Positions 33,148 to 43,266 of a stretch of DNA of 64,000 nt are shown piece by piece. Position 1 is the first letter of the stretch. Each line of letters opens with the position of its first letter. A model generated the notes under the pieces. The model worked only from the letters and a program-made list of their open reading frames with translations. It was not told the DNA's origin and searched no databases. The position numbers and the translations under genes are program-made. This stretch comes from Anaerolineaceae bacterium (GTDB lineage: Bacteria; Chloroflexota; Anaerolineae; Anaerolineales; Anaerolineaceae). The DNA lies in contig JAENYZ010000006.1 of assembly GCA_016841525.1 (NCBI GenBank), forward strand, positions 180,509 to 244,508, written 5' to 3'.

Positions 33148-33176
33148 ATGATACGTTGATATTTTATCATGGTCAA
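33148..33176 (-). promoter_or_regulatory. Sigma-70-like promoter for the acidic-protein gene
   Basis: Minus strand reads TTGACC (33171-33176), a 17-nt spacer, then TATCAT (33148-33153). Confidence 0.5.
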
Positions 33177-33177
33177 G

Positions 33178-33205
33178 AAAAAACCGTTCCCCAATCGGAA
33201 CGGTT
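33178..33205 (-). terminator. Intrinsic terminator of rpoD
   Basis: aaccgttcc / ggaacggtt 9-bp stem with a 6-nt loop, followed by UUUUUU on the minus strand. Confidence 0.8.
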
Positions 33206-33218
33206 CGTGTTTATTATC

Positions 33219-34427
33219 TTACTCGTTCAAATAATCACGGAGGCGGCGTTTAATCGATGGGTGCCGAAGACGGCTGAGCGCTTGCGCTTCGATCTGCCGC
33301 ACTCTTTCACGTGTTACACCCATTTTTCTTCCTACTTCTTCCAGTGTGTAGGATTGACCGTCTAAAAGACCATAACGAAGCTGTAAAATCCTGACTTCTC
33401 TTGGCGGTAAGGAATCTAATACCAAACCCAAATGCTCTTTGAGGAGATTATAGGTTGCAGTGTCGTCTGGCGGGGGTGCTTCGTCATCTTCAATGAAATC
33501 GCCCAACATTGAATCTTCTTCGTCATCAGTAGGCAATTCGAGGGATAATGGCCGACGAGCGACCTGGATCATATTTTCCACTTTTTTAGGTGGGACTTCT
33601 AAAGTTTCAGCCAGCTCTTCAACCGTTGGCCCACGTCCCAAGCGCTGTGTCAACTGATGTTGAATTCGCAGAAGTTTATTGATTTGATCACCCATGTGTA
33701 CAGGCACGCGAATGGTTCTACCCTGGTCCGCTATGGCGCGAGTAACCGCCTGCCTGATCCACCATGTGGCATAGGTGCTGAATTTATGACCCCGTCGGTA
33801 TTCAAATTTCTTTGTTGCTCGAATTAATCCAATATTACCTTCCTGGATCAGGTCTAAGAAGGGGACACCTCTTCCCATGTATTTCTTTGCCACGCTGATA
33901 ACAAGCCTCGAGTTGGCTGTGATCAAGTGTTCACGGGCGGACCAACCATCTTCAATCAGGTGCCGTAGCTCAGTTCGACGCCTTGTTGTGACATTTCCCC
34001 GAGCTAATTCTTCTCTTGCCATACGTCCGCTTTCAATACGCTGTGCAAGTTCAACTTCTTCCACAGCTGTTAGCAGCGGTACACGACTGACTTCTTTTAG
34101 ATAAAGGCCAATGGTGTCATCTGTGTCAATATTTGCTAAATCATCTGATGCCTTAGATTTCTCATCTTTTACGGCATCAGATTTGTCTTCTTCTCTCTTG
34201 AGTTCTTCATCAGAGGGGTCGATTAGAAGTTCTGCATCTTCAATATATGGAATACCGGCACTTATTAAGGCAGCAAATGCCTTTTCGAGCTGACCAACAT
34301 CCTGTTCAGCGTTTGGAAAAAATTGGAGAATATCGTCAATAGTTACAAATGATTTGTTTCTACCTATTTGAATGAGTCGTGCAAGAGGAGAAGTGTTCTT
34401 ACCACCATTAGATTTTTCACTCGTCAT
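33219..34427 (-). CDS. rpoD: Primary RNA polymerase sigma-70 factor
   Basis: Regions 1.2-4.2 are present: [53 protein letters not shown] and [20 protein letters not shown]. Confidence 0.9.
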   Translation of the reverse strand: MTSEKSNGGKNTSPLARLIQIGRNKSFVTIDDILQFFPNAEQDVGQLEKAFAALISAGIPYIEDAELLIDPSDEELKREEDKSDAVKDEKSKASDDLANIDTDDTIGLYLKEVSRVPLLTAVEEVELAQRIESGRMAREELARGNVTTRRRTELRHLIEDGWSAREHLITANSRLVISVAKKYMGRGVPFLDLIQEGNIGLIRATKKFEYRRGHKFSTYATWWIRQAVTRAIADQGRTIRVPVHMGDQINKLLRIQHQLTQRLGRGPTVEELAETLEVPPKKVENMIQVARRPLSLELPTDDEEDSMLGDFIEDDEAPPPDDTATYNLLKEHLGLVLDSLPPREVRILQLRYGLLDGQSYTLEEVGRKMGVTRERVRQIEAQALSRLRHPSIKRRLRDYLNE

Positions 34428-34738
34428 GTCTTATTTACCCATTGGTTTCTTCTATTTTGTGAGATTAGAATATTAAAAGTCTCACATAAAGTAAAGATTA
34501 TGGTTCTATCGAGTTAGCTTTAAAAGTTAGACTTGAGAATACTATTTTTTTTCGAAAAAATCAACAGCCTGGGGAAGGAAAAATCTTTTAAGTGAAAAGT
34601 AAAGTTGAATGTCAATTAATAGCTGGAAGTTTTTAATGAAAACATCTCATGCAGAATCTCAATAGTATGTACAGGTCAAATTCATTAATTGACCAGTAAC
34701 AAACTGGCTGGTAAAATTCCCACGGGTTCCAATTAACT

Positions 34739-35980
34739 ATGAAAAGATATCAAAAAACGAAAATTTCACAATATTTGATTTTAGGCTTGACAATTGTCAG
34801 CCTTGCAGCGGCAGGGTTTGCAAGCTTGCTCGTGATGCAGCGAGTTCCATTTGAAGATCATTTTGTTCTTAACTGGGCTGCCGGTAGGGTATGGCTTTTA
34901 GAGGGGATCAACCCATATAATGAGGCAGAAATTTTTCAAAGAGCTAAAGCGGCTGTTGAGGAATCTCGCTTTTTAGCGACATTACCTGATGAAACGGTTC
35001 AATTAAATCCATTGTTAAACCTGGCCTTTTATTTGCCTTTCAGCCTGATCCCTTATCAAATCAGCCGCATATTATGGGTCATGGCTTTGACAATTGCGGT
35101 TCTTCTGATTGGATACTTAAGTCTTCTTATTACAAATTGGAAAATTACGACAATAGCGAAAATTATAATACTGCTTGCAGGTTTATTATGGGTACCTGGT
35201 ATCGCTACCATCATCACCGGGCAGCTCTCGCCAATTGTGATCCTGCTTGTGTTGACCAGTCTATATTTGTTTTTGCAGGGTCAGGATAATGCTGCAGGTT
35301 TTATTCTTGCATTGACTTCAGGTTCCTTTTACATAACCGGACTGGTTATTTTCCTGTTTTTTACTTATGCAATTATAAGGCGTCGATGGTCCTTCATTAC
35401 TGCTTATGGTGCCGGGCTTGCCTTTTTAGTAATTGTTTCACTATTACTAATTCCTACCTGGCCGAAGGATTGGCTCATTATCCTCATTGAGAATTATGAA
35501 AATCTTAACCTGGTACAAACGCCTTTGATGACACTTGCCTCATTGCTTCCTGGTATTGAAGATTTTCTTTCAATATTGCTCCATATCATTTTTATTGTAT
35601 TTTATGTTTTCCTGCTTATTCGTCTCCGGTCAAAATCTGAGCGCGTTTTTGTTTGGAATGCTCTTGCAGCGCTCGTTGTTTCTTCTCTTTTGAATATTCG
35701 TGGCTCGATAGCATATTTATTTCTTTTACTTCCGGCAATATTGCTGGTATTTAGATTTTTAACAGAACGGCTGGGCTTGTTTGGCAGAATTATTACCTGG
35801 ATTTTTATTGGTTTACTGGTTGCCATCCCCTGGTACGCATCACTGCCTGTTGAGAACATTACAGTCTCATCATCACTTTCCTCAGTGGTGATTTGGCTTC
35901 CGATTCTGGTCATTATTGGTATGAATTGGATTCGTTGGTGGGCAATCAAGATACCAAAATTGCCCTTCGAATCTTCTTAG
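34739..35980 (+). CDS. Polytopic membrane protein, GT87/DUF2029-like glycosyltransferase
   Basis: About 11 predicted TM helices. N-terminal loop FEDHFVLNWAAGRVWLLEGINPYN resembles the DUF2029 signature. Confidence 0.45.
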   Translation: MKRYQKTKISQYLILGLTIVSLAAAGFASLLVMQRVPFEDHFVLNWAAGRVWLLEGINPYNEAEIFQRAKAAVEESRFLATLPDETVQLNPLLNLAFYLPFSLIPYQISRILWVMALTIAVLLIGYLSLLITNWKITTIAKIIILLAGLLWVPGIATIITGQLSPIVILLVLTSLYLFLQGQDNAAGFILALTSGSFYITGLVIFLFFTYAIIRRRWSFITAYGAGLAFLVIVSLLLIPTWPKDWLIILIENYENLNLVQTPLMTLASLLPGIEDFLSILLHIIFIVFYVFLLIRLRSKSERVFVWNALAALVVSSLLNIRGSIAYLFLLLPAILLVFRFLTERLGLFGRIITWIFIGLLVAIPWYASLPVENITVSSSLSSVVIWLPILVIIGMNWIRWWAIKIPKLPFESS

Positions 35981-36126
35981 GATTTTCAAGTAAACTGAGT
36001 ATGATGGTTGTCAAATTATGCTATACTTTGATGGATTTGCGTTTTTGACCTCTTGAGTGATCTCAACTTGTTTTGAAGAGATTATTTTTAATTAGTAAAT
36101 TTTTATCGATTGGAGGAAAAAGATTT

Positions 36127-37296
36127 ATGAAGAAAAGAATTGGTGTTTTGACTGGCGGCGGTGATGTTCCTGGTTTGAATCCGGCGATTAAGGAAGTAGT
36201 CCTTAATGCACTTGAAGCTGATTACGAAGTGATTGGTATCCGGAGAGGTTGGGGAGGACTGCTTTGGTATAATTTGGATGAGCCAGCCACACATGATTAT
36301 TACATAAAAAATTTGGCAAGAAACGACGTCCGAAGTATTGACCGTACTGGTGGAACATTTTTGCACACTTCACGGACTAATCCTCAGAATGTGCGGGCTA
36401 AGGATGTCCCGGATTTCTTGAAAACTTCAGGCCTGGGTGTTGAGATAGATGACAAGGGTACGATGGACTTTACTGCGCACATCCTTAAGGTCCTTGATCA
36501 CCTGGGAATTGAGGTGCTTGTTACCATAGGCGGCGATGATACATTAAGTTATTCTGTTAGGCTCAATCGAGAAGGCTTCCCTGTGGTTGGAATTCCAAAG
36601 ACGATGGATAACGATGTATTTGGAACAGATTATTGCATTGGTTTCTCCACTGCAGTGACTCGATCTGTTGATTTGATCACGCAATTGCGAACATCGGTTG
36701 GTTCACATGAGCGTATTGGTGTCTTTGAACTCTTTGGGCGTAATTCTGGTGAAACTAGCCTTGCAAGCGCATATTTATCTTATGTGGATCGGGCAATTAT
36801 TTCAGAAGTCCCCTTTGATATGGAGAAACTCGCTTATTTCCTTCATGAAGATAAGCGAAACAATCCTTCGAATTACGCCATTGTCACTGTTTCAGAAGGC
36901 GCAGTTATGGAAGGTGGAGATATCATTGAATCTGGCCCGCAGGATGCTTATGGTCATAGAAAACTTGGCGGTATCGGTGAAATCGTCGCTGATGAAATTA
37001 AACGAATTACAAAACAGCATATTATGTATCAAAAATTTGCTTATGTCATGCGCTCCGGTGCGCCTGACTCACTTGACCGGATGGTGGCAATGTCGTTTGG
37101 TAATTTAGCCATGCAATTGGTTCAACGCGAGGAATTCGGAAAATTGACAGCGCTTCAAGGCGGCAGATACACAACTGTTCCGATTGACATAGTGCTGAGC
37201 GGCAAAAAGCGTGTCGATGTTGAAGCATATTACGACAAGGAAAATTACAAACCCAAAGTTAAGGATTTCCTTGGTGTACCAATGTTCTTAACCTAA
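36127..37296 (+). CDS. pfp: 6-phosphofructokinase, with residues of the PPi-dependent type
   Basis: [25 protein letters not shown] and [10 protein letters not shown]. Start moved to ATG 36127 with GGAGG 11 nt upstream. Confidence 0.8.
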   Translation: MKKRIGVLTGGGDVPGLNPAIKEVVLNALEADYEVIGIRRGWGGLLWYNLDEPATHDYYIKNLARNDVRSIDRTGGTFLHTSRTNPQNVRAKDVPDFLKTSGLGVEIDDKGTMDFTAHILKVLDHLGIEVLVTIGGDDTLSYSVRLNREGFPVVGIPKTMDNDVFGTDYCIGFSTAVTRSVDLITQLRTSVGSHERIGVFELFGRNSGETSLASAYLSYVDRAIISEVPFDMEKLAYFLHEDKRNNPSNYAIVTVSEGAVMEGGDIIESGPQDAYGHRKLGGIGEIVADEIKRITKQHIMYQKFAYVMRSGAPDSLDRMVAMSFGNLAMQLVQREEFGKLTALQGGRYTTVPIDIVLSGKKRVDVEAYYDKENYKPKVKDFLGVPMFLT

Positions 37297-37310
37297 AATA
37301 TGTAATTAAA

Positions 37311-37339
37311 GCCCGTGAAATTTTCTTCACGGGCTTTTT
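37311..37339 (+). terminator. Intrinsic terminator after pfk
   Basis: gcccgtgaa-attttc-ttcacgggc followed by ttttt. Confidence 0.8.
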
Positions 37340-37360
37340 AGTTGGATAGGAATTGACTTT

Positions 37361-37864
37361 ATGCCAGTATCTGACCAGGGCGCCAGTGACAATCGATATA
37401 TGGTTGTTCCCAGAAACTTAATCTTTTTATTTGATGACAAGGATCGTGTATTGTTAATCAAAGGGTCATCACAAAAAAAATTATGGTCGGGCTTATATAA
37501 TGCAATCGGTGGGCATATTGAACGCGGTGAGGATGTTATTGAAGGCGCTTATCGAGAACTTAAAGAAGAAACTGGGATTTCGGATGTGCTTCTCCAGGTT
37601 TGTGGGCTAATCACAATCGATGTGAGTGAATGCGCAGGCGTTTTGCTTTTCTTATTTAAGGGAATTTATAATGAAAAAGCATTTACTAATTCTTCTGAGG
37701 GAAAATTATTTTGGAAATCTATTAATGTCACAAATTATGATGAACTCGTTGAAGATTTACTAGTTTTGCTGCCGAGGGTTGTTAAACATGAACCTGGGGA
37801 CCCTTTGATCATTGGCAAATACCATTATGACAAGCAAGGAAACATGATCGTCAACCTGCAATAA
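37361..37864 (+). CDS. NUDIX hydrolase
   Basis: Nudix box GGHIERGEDVIEGAYRELKEETG. Confidence 0.8.
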   Translation: MPVSDQGASDNRYMVVPRNLIFLFDDKDRVLLIKGSSQKKLWSGLYNAIGGHIERGEDVIEGAYRELKEETGISDVLLQVCGLITIDVSECAGVLLFLFKGIYNEKAFTNSSEGKLFWKSINVTNYDELVEDLLVLLPRVVKHEPGDPLIIGKYHYDKQGNMIVNLQ

Positions 37865-38411
37865 TTTTTTCATAGAAAATCAAAAGGGTATCCCCGTAAT
37901 CTCTTCTGTCAAATTCCTTAAACTTCGTATAGCCATAAGTTTCATCAATTTCTTTTGGGTGAATCTGAACAATAATTACACCAGAGTCAACCAGCCATCC
38001 TGTATTCTCATCAAGTTCTTGCATTGCCTTATGCCACAGCCCTTTATATTGTGGTGGGGCAATAAAAATGAAATCATAAGACCTATCGATTTCTCCCCGT
38101 AAAAATGCAAATGCATCCTTTTTCATAACATCTGCGTACGGCGTAAGTTGAGTGGCAGCTAAGTTCTTTTGAATTATTTTATAGGCACGGTAGTTTGTAT
38201 CCAGGAACAGGACATAATCTGCACCACGTGACAATGCTTCTATACCTACGGCGCCTGTTCCACCAAAAAGATCCAAAAAAGTCTTATCGTAAATATCCAG
38301 ACCAATGATATTGAAAAGGGCTTCTTTAACCCGGTCTGTGATTGGGCGAGTTGAATCGCCAGGAACACTTGATAAATTTATACCTTTTGCACTTCCAGAA
38401 ATAACACGCAT
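37851..38411 (-). CDS. rsmD: 16S rRNA (guanine966-N2)-methyltransferase RsmD-like
   Basis: MRVISGSAKG..STRPITDRVKEALFN..DLFGGTGAVGIEALSRGA. The start could be 38411 or 38432. Confidence 0.7.
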   Translation of the reverse strand: MRVISGSAKGINLSSVPGDSTRPITDRVKEALFNIIGLDIYDKTFLDLFGGTGAVGIEALSRGADYVLFLDTNYRAYKIIQKNLAATQLTPYADVMKKDAFAFLRGEIDRSYDFIFIAPPQYKGLWHKAMQELDENTGWLVDSGVIIVQIHPKEIDETYGYTKFKEFDRRDYGDTLLIFYEKIIAG

Positions 38412-38432
38412 AAACAACCGCCTTAACGTCAA

Positions 38433-38945
38433 TTAATCCGTTTCTTGAATAGAACTTCGTCTCGAATGATCGGATTTTATTATCTCACCGTCTGGAACAT
38501 TCCCGTAAGTGTAGTAGCGGTTCGCAAAGAAGTTCCAAAACGAAACAATGATAATGCTGATGGCAAGTGCAAGGTTTTGACTGATAACCATGTTTTTCAA
38601 TGGCAATGATAAGCTCATACCATCTAAAAAATATAATAAGTATTTATCTAACCACGGCACCAAAGGTGATCTAATAAGGATGCCAATGAGGTTAATTATA
38701 AGGAATTGTAATAATTGCTTTGGTGCAGCCTTTGAGCGCGATTCCGGGTAGGTCCAATAACGATTCCAGAGAAAATTGTTGATCACAGCACAAACAAATG
38801 AAATGCCCTGTGCCCAAATTAATGGCGTGTTTATCACAAGGCGTAGAAAATTCATTACGCCAAAGTCAACAATCGTGCCTGTCATGCCTACGATAGAAAA
38901 TTTTAAGAAGCGAATTCTTTCTCGCTTGTTATTAATCAAACTCAT
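38433..38945 (-). CDS. GtrA-family membrane protein
   Basis: [22 protein letters not shown].., four TM helices, GtrA-like. Confidence 0.7.
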   Translation of the reverse strand: MSLINNKRERIRFLKFSIVGMTGTIVDFGVMNFLRLVINTPLIWAQGISFVCAVINNFLWNRYWTYPESRSKAAPKQLLQFLIINLIGILIRSPLVPWLDKYLLYFLDGMSLSLPLKNMVISQNLALAISIIIVSFWNFFANRYYTYGNVPDGEIIKSDHSRRSSIQETD

Positions 38946-39898
38946 AAGTTCAATTTTGCTTTAAAATAGGGAATTGTTTTGGCCAAGCCATCTTTTAGGC
39001 TTACCTCAGGTTCCCATTGAAGGATCGTTTTTGCTCTTGTGATATCCGGCTGTCTTCTTTGTGGGTCACTTCCTAGGCGCTTTGCCATTTTAATAATCGT
39101 ACCAGCCTTATTTTCGATAAGCTCATTTACCAAATTTGCAAATTCAAGAATGCTTGTTTCTGATGGGTTGCCGATATTGACAGGTTCATGAAAGTCGCTA
39201 CTCATCAGTCGGAAGATGCCCTCAATAAGGTCATCGACGTAACAGAAACTGCGCGTCTGTTCCCCATTGCCATAGATCGTCAATGGTTCACCTCGCAAAG
39301 ACTGCTGAATAAAATTGGGAACGACTCGACCATCATCCAGGCGCATCCTGGGACCGTAAGTATTAAAAATACGAACAATGCGGGTGTCAATGTTGTGAAA
39401 TCGATGATAAGCCATCGTCAGCGCTTCTGCAAAACGTTTTGCTTCATCGTAAACGGATCTTGCACCAATTGGGTCAACGTGCCCTCTGTAAGTCTCCTTC
39501 TGAGGATGCTCCTGAGGGTCACCATAAATTTCGCTCGTGGATGCCAACAAAAATTTTGCATTATGCGCCCGTGCTACTCCTAAAGAATTATGTGTCCCTA
39601 ATGCGCCTGCTTTCATGGTTTGAATGGGAAGGTTAGGATAACCCAGGGGAGAAGCAGGGTTTGGACTGGCAGGAGAAGCAAAATGCAAAACATAATCAAT
39701 CTTTCCAGGTGCAAATATGAAATTTGAGACATCGTGTCGAATAAAACTGAAATTTTGGTTACCTGCTAGGTGCACCAAATTACTTTGGTTCCCGGTGATG
39801 AAATTATCCATCCCGATGACCTCATGTCCTTCTTTAATCAAACGATCTGTCAGGTGCGAACCTAAAAAGCCTGCTGCACCAGTTAATAAGATACGCAT
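38942..39898 (-). CDS. uxs: UDP-glucuronate decarboxylase / NAD-dependent sugar epimerase-dehydratase
   Basis: [23 protein letters not shown] and YDEAKR. Start moved to ATG 39898 (GGAG upstream). Confidence 0.75.
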   Translation of the reverse strand: MRILLTGAAGFLGSHLTDRLIKEGHEVIGMDNFITGNQSNLVHLAGNQNFSFIRHDVSNFIFAPGKIDYVLHFASPASPNPASPLGYPNLPIQTMKAGALGTHNSLGVARAHNAKFLLASTSEIYGDPQEHPQKETYRGHVDPIGARSVYDEAKRFAEALTMAYHRFHNIDTRIVRIFNTYGPRMRLDDGRVVPNFIQQSLRGEPLTIYGNGEQTRSFCYVDDLIEGIFRLMSSDFHEPVNIGNPSETSILEFANLVNELIENKAGTIIKMAKRLGSDPQRRQPDITRAKTILQWEPEVSLKDGLAKTIPYFKAKLNL

Positions 39899-40042
39899 GT
39901 TTTGTGCTCCAGTTTCAAGATTTATTTTCCATAATTTTTTGCATGTTACTGCAGCAATTTTACCAGCAAGAAGCATGTGGTGGGAGTTTTTTAATGGAGT
40001 ATAATCAGTCAGCTAATAATTCAAAGGTACATAAAAGGTTTT

Positions 40043-40615
40043 ATGGAAGAAAATAATCAACATAATCTCTTAGGAAAAATCGAAGCATTATTATTTGTTT
40101 CGTCCGGGTTGATCAGTGTCTATCAACTGTCTCAAGCGCTTCAGGTCAGCGAAATTGAAATTGAAGCAGGCCTGAATGAATTGGACACTCATTACAAACA
40201 AAATGGGCATGGATTAAGATTGATGCGCGTTAAAACAAAGGTGCAATTGACCACGGATCCATCCATTAGCGAGGATGTTGAAACCTTTCTCGGTTTGGAA
40301 GCAACCTCCACGCTCTCTCAAGCAGCACTTGAAGCACTTGCAATTATTGCTTACAAACAACCAGTCACAAGGCCTGAGGTCGATGTAATTCGTGGCGTCA
40401 ACAGTGATGGTGTTTTACGAACTTTATTATCAAAGGGATTAATCGAGGAATTGGGTCGTGCTGATACACCTGGTCGACCAATTTATTACGGCACATCACC
40501 AGAGTTCTTGCAATATTTTGGACTGGAAAGCCTGGATGCGCTTCCATATATTGATTTTGGTGCATTAGAAGAACAAATGATGGATAATGGAACAAAGGAA
40601 GTGTTAAAAACCTGA
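40043..40615 (+). CDS. scpB: Segregation and condensation protein B
   Basis: IEALLFVSS.., LSQAALEALAIIAYKQPVTRPEVDVIRGV and GRPIYYGTS. Confidence 0.85.
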   Translation: MEENNQHNLLGKIEALLFVSSGLISVYQLSQALQVSEIEIEAGLNELDTHYKQNGHGLRLMRVKTKVQLTTDPSISEDVETFLGLEATSTLSQAALEALAIIAYKQPVTRPEVDVIRGVNSDGVLRTLLSKGLIEELGRADTPGRPIYYGTSPEFLQYFGLESLDALPYIDFGALEEQMMDNGTKEVLKT

Positions 40616-41343
40616 TGGCAGAAGAACGAGTTCAAAAATTATTATCTCGAGCAGGACACGGCTCTCGACGCGGATGTGAGAAGTTTATTGAGGAAGGTCG
40701 AGTTACAGTCAATGGTGAGAAGATCAAGCTTGGTGCAAAAGCTGACCCAAAAATTGATGACATTCAATTGGATGGTGTTTCAATTGGGAAACCAGAGAAA
40801 AAGGTTTATATTGCGTTAAATAAACCGAAAAATACGCTCTCATTGAATGCACCTGAGGATCCGCGCCCTTCAATTTTTGATTTAATCCCCGATGAACGAC
40901 ATCTTTATCCTGTCGGACGTTTGGATTTTGATAGTGAGGGTTTGGTCTTATTGACTAACGACGGTCGTTTGGCTAATCGCCTGACACATCCTCGTTATGA
41001 ACATGATAAAGAATATGAGGTTCGGGTAACACGACGCCCTGATGATGAGCAATTGGCAATATGGCGACGGGGAGTGGTACTTGAAGATGGTTATCGGACT
41101 TTACCTGCTGAAATTGAGGTAAAAACTTACACAAAAAGCGGTGCATGGCTTAAAGTGGTTTTACGTGAAGGCAAAAACAGACAGATCCGGCGAACTGGCC
41201 AGCGTATTGGCCTGCCAGTCCGTCAGATCCGTCGAGTAAGGATTGGCCCTATTGAGTTGGGTAAGCTGCAAACAGGTAATTTCCGTTATTTGAAACCCGA
41301 TGAAATTGAAACCTTACGAAAATACGCAGGCTTATCAGATTAA
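40615..41343 (+). CDS. rluB: Pseudouridine synthase, RsuA/RluB family (S4 domain plus catalytic domain)
   Basis: RVQKLLSRAGHGSRR (S4), GRLDFDSEGLVLLTNDG and GKNRQIRR. Confidence 0.8.
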   Translation: MAEERVQKLLSRAGHGSRRGCEKFIEEGRVTVNGEKIKLGAKADPKIDDIQLDGVSIGKPEKKVYIALNKPKNTLSLNAPEDPRPSIFDLIPDERHLYPVGRLDFDSEGLVLLTNDGRLANRLTHPRYEHDKEYEVRVTRRPDDEQLAIWRRGVVLEDGYRTLPAEIEVKTYTKSGAWLKVVLREGKNRQIRRTGQRIGLPVRQIRRVRIGPIELGKLQTGNFRYLKPDEIETLRKYAGLSD

Positions 41344-41356
41344 GAAATCTTTCTTT

Positions 41357-42055
41357 TTATTTTTCTGATTTGAATAAATCATTAATTTTGTTGAGCAAAT
41401 CTGGAGAAATTTCTTCTTCTATCTTTCTATCAATTTTTCTTATCGTTCTTCTTAAAGCTTCAACTTCGACAATAGGGGTGGAGGCACCTTCAACATTGCC
41501 GATGACAGCTTTTGGATGCAATGACACCAGGATATTGTTGATTGGGGGAATTGAATCATTTCCCAGGTTTTCTTCAAGAAACTTACGCACCTGGGCTTCC
41601 CGTGTTGCAACATCTTTTTCAGGCTTGCTCAGGTTTTCCTGGCCAAAAAATTTCATCATGACATTGCCACCCTTTTGCTTCCATTTTCCGTCGTAATATA
41701 TTTCACCACCCACGGAGACTGGTACTGGTATCCAAATTCCGTGAGGGCTTGTTAGCAGCATCGGGACAGGGCTTGCATAAACAAAGAAGGTGTAATCATT
41801 GTTCAACTTTGACAGGTTGCTGGCAATAATTTCGTCAAACCTTGGAGATCGGCCGAATCGGGTAACAAAGAAAGTACTGATCTGCGCAACAACAAAGCCG
41901 ACAATCAAGGCACCAAGGGATAATAAGGTTCGTGTTGGATCGGGTCTAATATTTAATATCAAGCCGCCTATAAGAATAGCGATTCCCAAAATAGATGTAA
42001 TATTTCCGATTTTCTTATTTCGGTCAATAAGTTTGTCATTTGTTATTTGTTTCAT
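41357..42055 (-). CDS. Membrane protein with two N-terminal TM helices and a NERD-like soluble domain
   Basis: Two TM helices, then ..NDYTFFVYASPVPMLLTSPHGIWIPVPVSVGGEI.. The NERD resemblance is weak. Confidence 0.35.
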   Translation of the reverse strand: MKQITNDKLIDRNKKIGNITSILGIAILIGGLILNIRPDPTRTLLSLGALIVGFVVAQISTFFVTRFGRSPRFDEIIASNLSKLNNDYTFFVYASPVPMLLTSPHGIWIPVPVSVGGEIYYDGKWKQKGGNVMMKFFGQENLSKPEKDVATREAQVRKFLEENLGNDSIPPINNILVSLHPKAVIGNVEGASTPIVEVEALRRTIRKIDRKIEEEISPDLLNKINDLFKSEK

Positions 42056-42070
42056 TCATTTTCCTTAATA

Positions 42071-43066
42071 TTATGATAGCGATACTGTGATTGCACTTCG
42101 TAATTCTTCGAGAAGATGATTGTCAACAGCTTGCTTTGCTTCGCGAATTGCGCTGACAATTGCTTTTGCATCCGAACGTCCATGTCCGACAAATACGAGT
42201 GCATCGATCCCTAATAATGGTGCTGCACCGACTTCCGAAGGATCCAGCATGCTTCTAAGTTTACCAAAGGCAGGCTTTGCGAGTAAACCACCCATCTTTG
42301 TGCGGAAAGAGGACATCAGTTCTTCTTTTAGAATATCAACAATTAATTTTGCCACGGCTTCAGTGGATTTCAATACGACATTTCCAGTAAAGCCATCCGT
42401 AACAACAACATCAGCTTCTCCGCCAAAAAGCTCCTTACCCTCAACATTGCCAAAAAAATTAATTTGCTTTTCTTTATCAAGCAGGGGGAATGTCTCTCTG
42501 ACAAGATTATTGCCTTTGCCTTCCTCTTCGCCATTTGAAAGTAAGCCGATCCGTGGAGACGCAATATTTAGCATGGTTTGTGCGTAAATCTTGCCCATAA
42601 TTGCAAACTGAACAAGAAATTCTGGGCGGCATTCTGCATTTGCGCCAATGTCCAGAACAACTGCCTTTCCATTCCGAACAGGGAAGACGCCACAGAGACA
42701 GGGACGAATCACACCTTCAATGTCTCCAAAGGTTTTCTTAGCGAAATACATTGCCATTCCAGTGTTCCCGGCGGTTACGAAGGCATCACCGCGACCTTCC
42801 TTCACCAATCCCATACCAACTTTCATTGAGTTTTGTTTTTTAGCGCGCGCCTCAACGATATGGTCGCTCATGTCCAAAGCTTCAGGTGCATGGGCAATTT
42901 TCACTCGTGATCTATCACCTGGGACACTCTTCAGCAATGACTCAAGTTCAGTTTCATTCCCAACCAGAATAATTTCCTCATTGAGTTCATTGGAAGCAAT
43001 GACAGCACCTTGAATTTCAGGACCAGGGCGATCATCACTGCCCATTGCATCTAATATGATTGTCAT
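42071..43066 (-). CDS. plsX: Phosphate acyltransferase PlsX
   Basis: ILDAMGSDDRPGPE.., GNTGMAMY and DGFTGNVVLK. Start moved to ATG 43066 with AAGGAG upstream. Confidence 0.9.
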   Translation of the reverse strand: MTIILDAMGSDDRPGPEIQGAVIASNELNEEIILVGNETELESLLKSVPGDRSRVKIAHAPEALDMSDHIVEARAKKQNSMKVGMGLVKEGRGDAFVTAGNTGMAMYFAKKTFGDIEGVIRPCLCGVFPVRNGKAVVLDIGANAECRPEFLVQFAIMGKIYAQTMLNIASPRIGLLSNGEEEGKGNNLVRETFPLLDKEKQINFFGNVEGKELFGGEADVVVTDGFTGNVVLKSTEAVAKLIVDILKEELMSSFRTKMGGLLAKPAFGKLRSMLDPSEVGAAPLLGIDALVFVGHGRSDAKAIVSAIREAKQAVDNHLLEELRSAITVSLS

Positions 43067-43096
43067 GATTATTCTCCTTTTTACCCTCAATTTTGC

Positions 43097-43124
43097 TTGA
43101 CAACAAACCTGAGCAGGATATAAT
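43097..43124 (+). promoter_or_regulatory. Consensus sigma-70 promoter for tRNA-Leu
   Basis: TTGACA (43097-43102), a 16-nt spacer, then TATAAT (43119-43124), 14 nt before the tRNA 5' end. Confidence 0.7.
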
Positions 43125-43137
43125 TACTTCTGCTCAA

Positions 43138-43219
43138 GCGCTGGTGCTGGAACTGGCAGACAGGCGTGGTTGAGGGCCACGTGCCGCAAGGCGTGAGGGT
43201 TCGACTCCCTCCCAGCGCA
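43138..43219 (+). tRNA. tRNA-Leu (anticodon GAG), CCA not encoded
   Basis: Manual cloverleaf: acceptor GCGCTGG/CCAGCGC, D arm CTG-GAACTGGCAGA-CAG, anticodon stem CGTGG/CCACG with loop TTGAGGG, a 13-nt variable arm TGCCGCAAGGCGT, T arm GAGGG-TTCGACT-CCCTC and discriminator A. Confidence 0.9.
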
Positions 43220-43227
43220 TTGACGAA

Positions 43228-43259
43228 CAAGCACAAATCGCTGTGCTTGTTTTTATTTT
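43228..43259 (+). terminator. Intrinsic terminator after tRNA-Leu
   Basis: caagcaca-aatcgc-tgtgcttg followed by tttttatttt. Confidence 0.75.
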
Positions 43260-43266
43260 AATCGCC

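Noticed and set aside
37851-37864. The 14-nt convergent overlap of the NUDIX and rsmD-like genes as a regulatory antisense feature.
   Set aside because: Short 3'-3' overlaps are common in compact genomes, and no hairpin or conserved motif is evident there.
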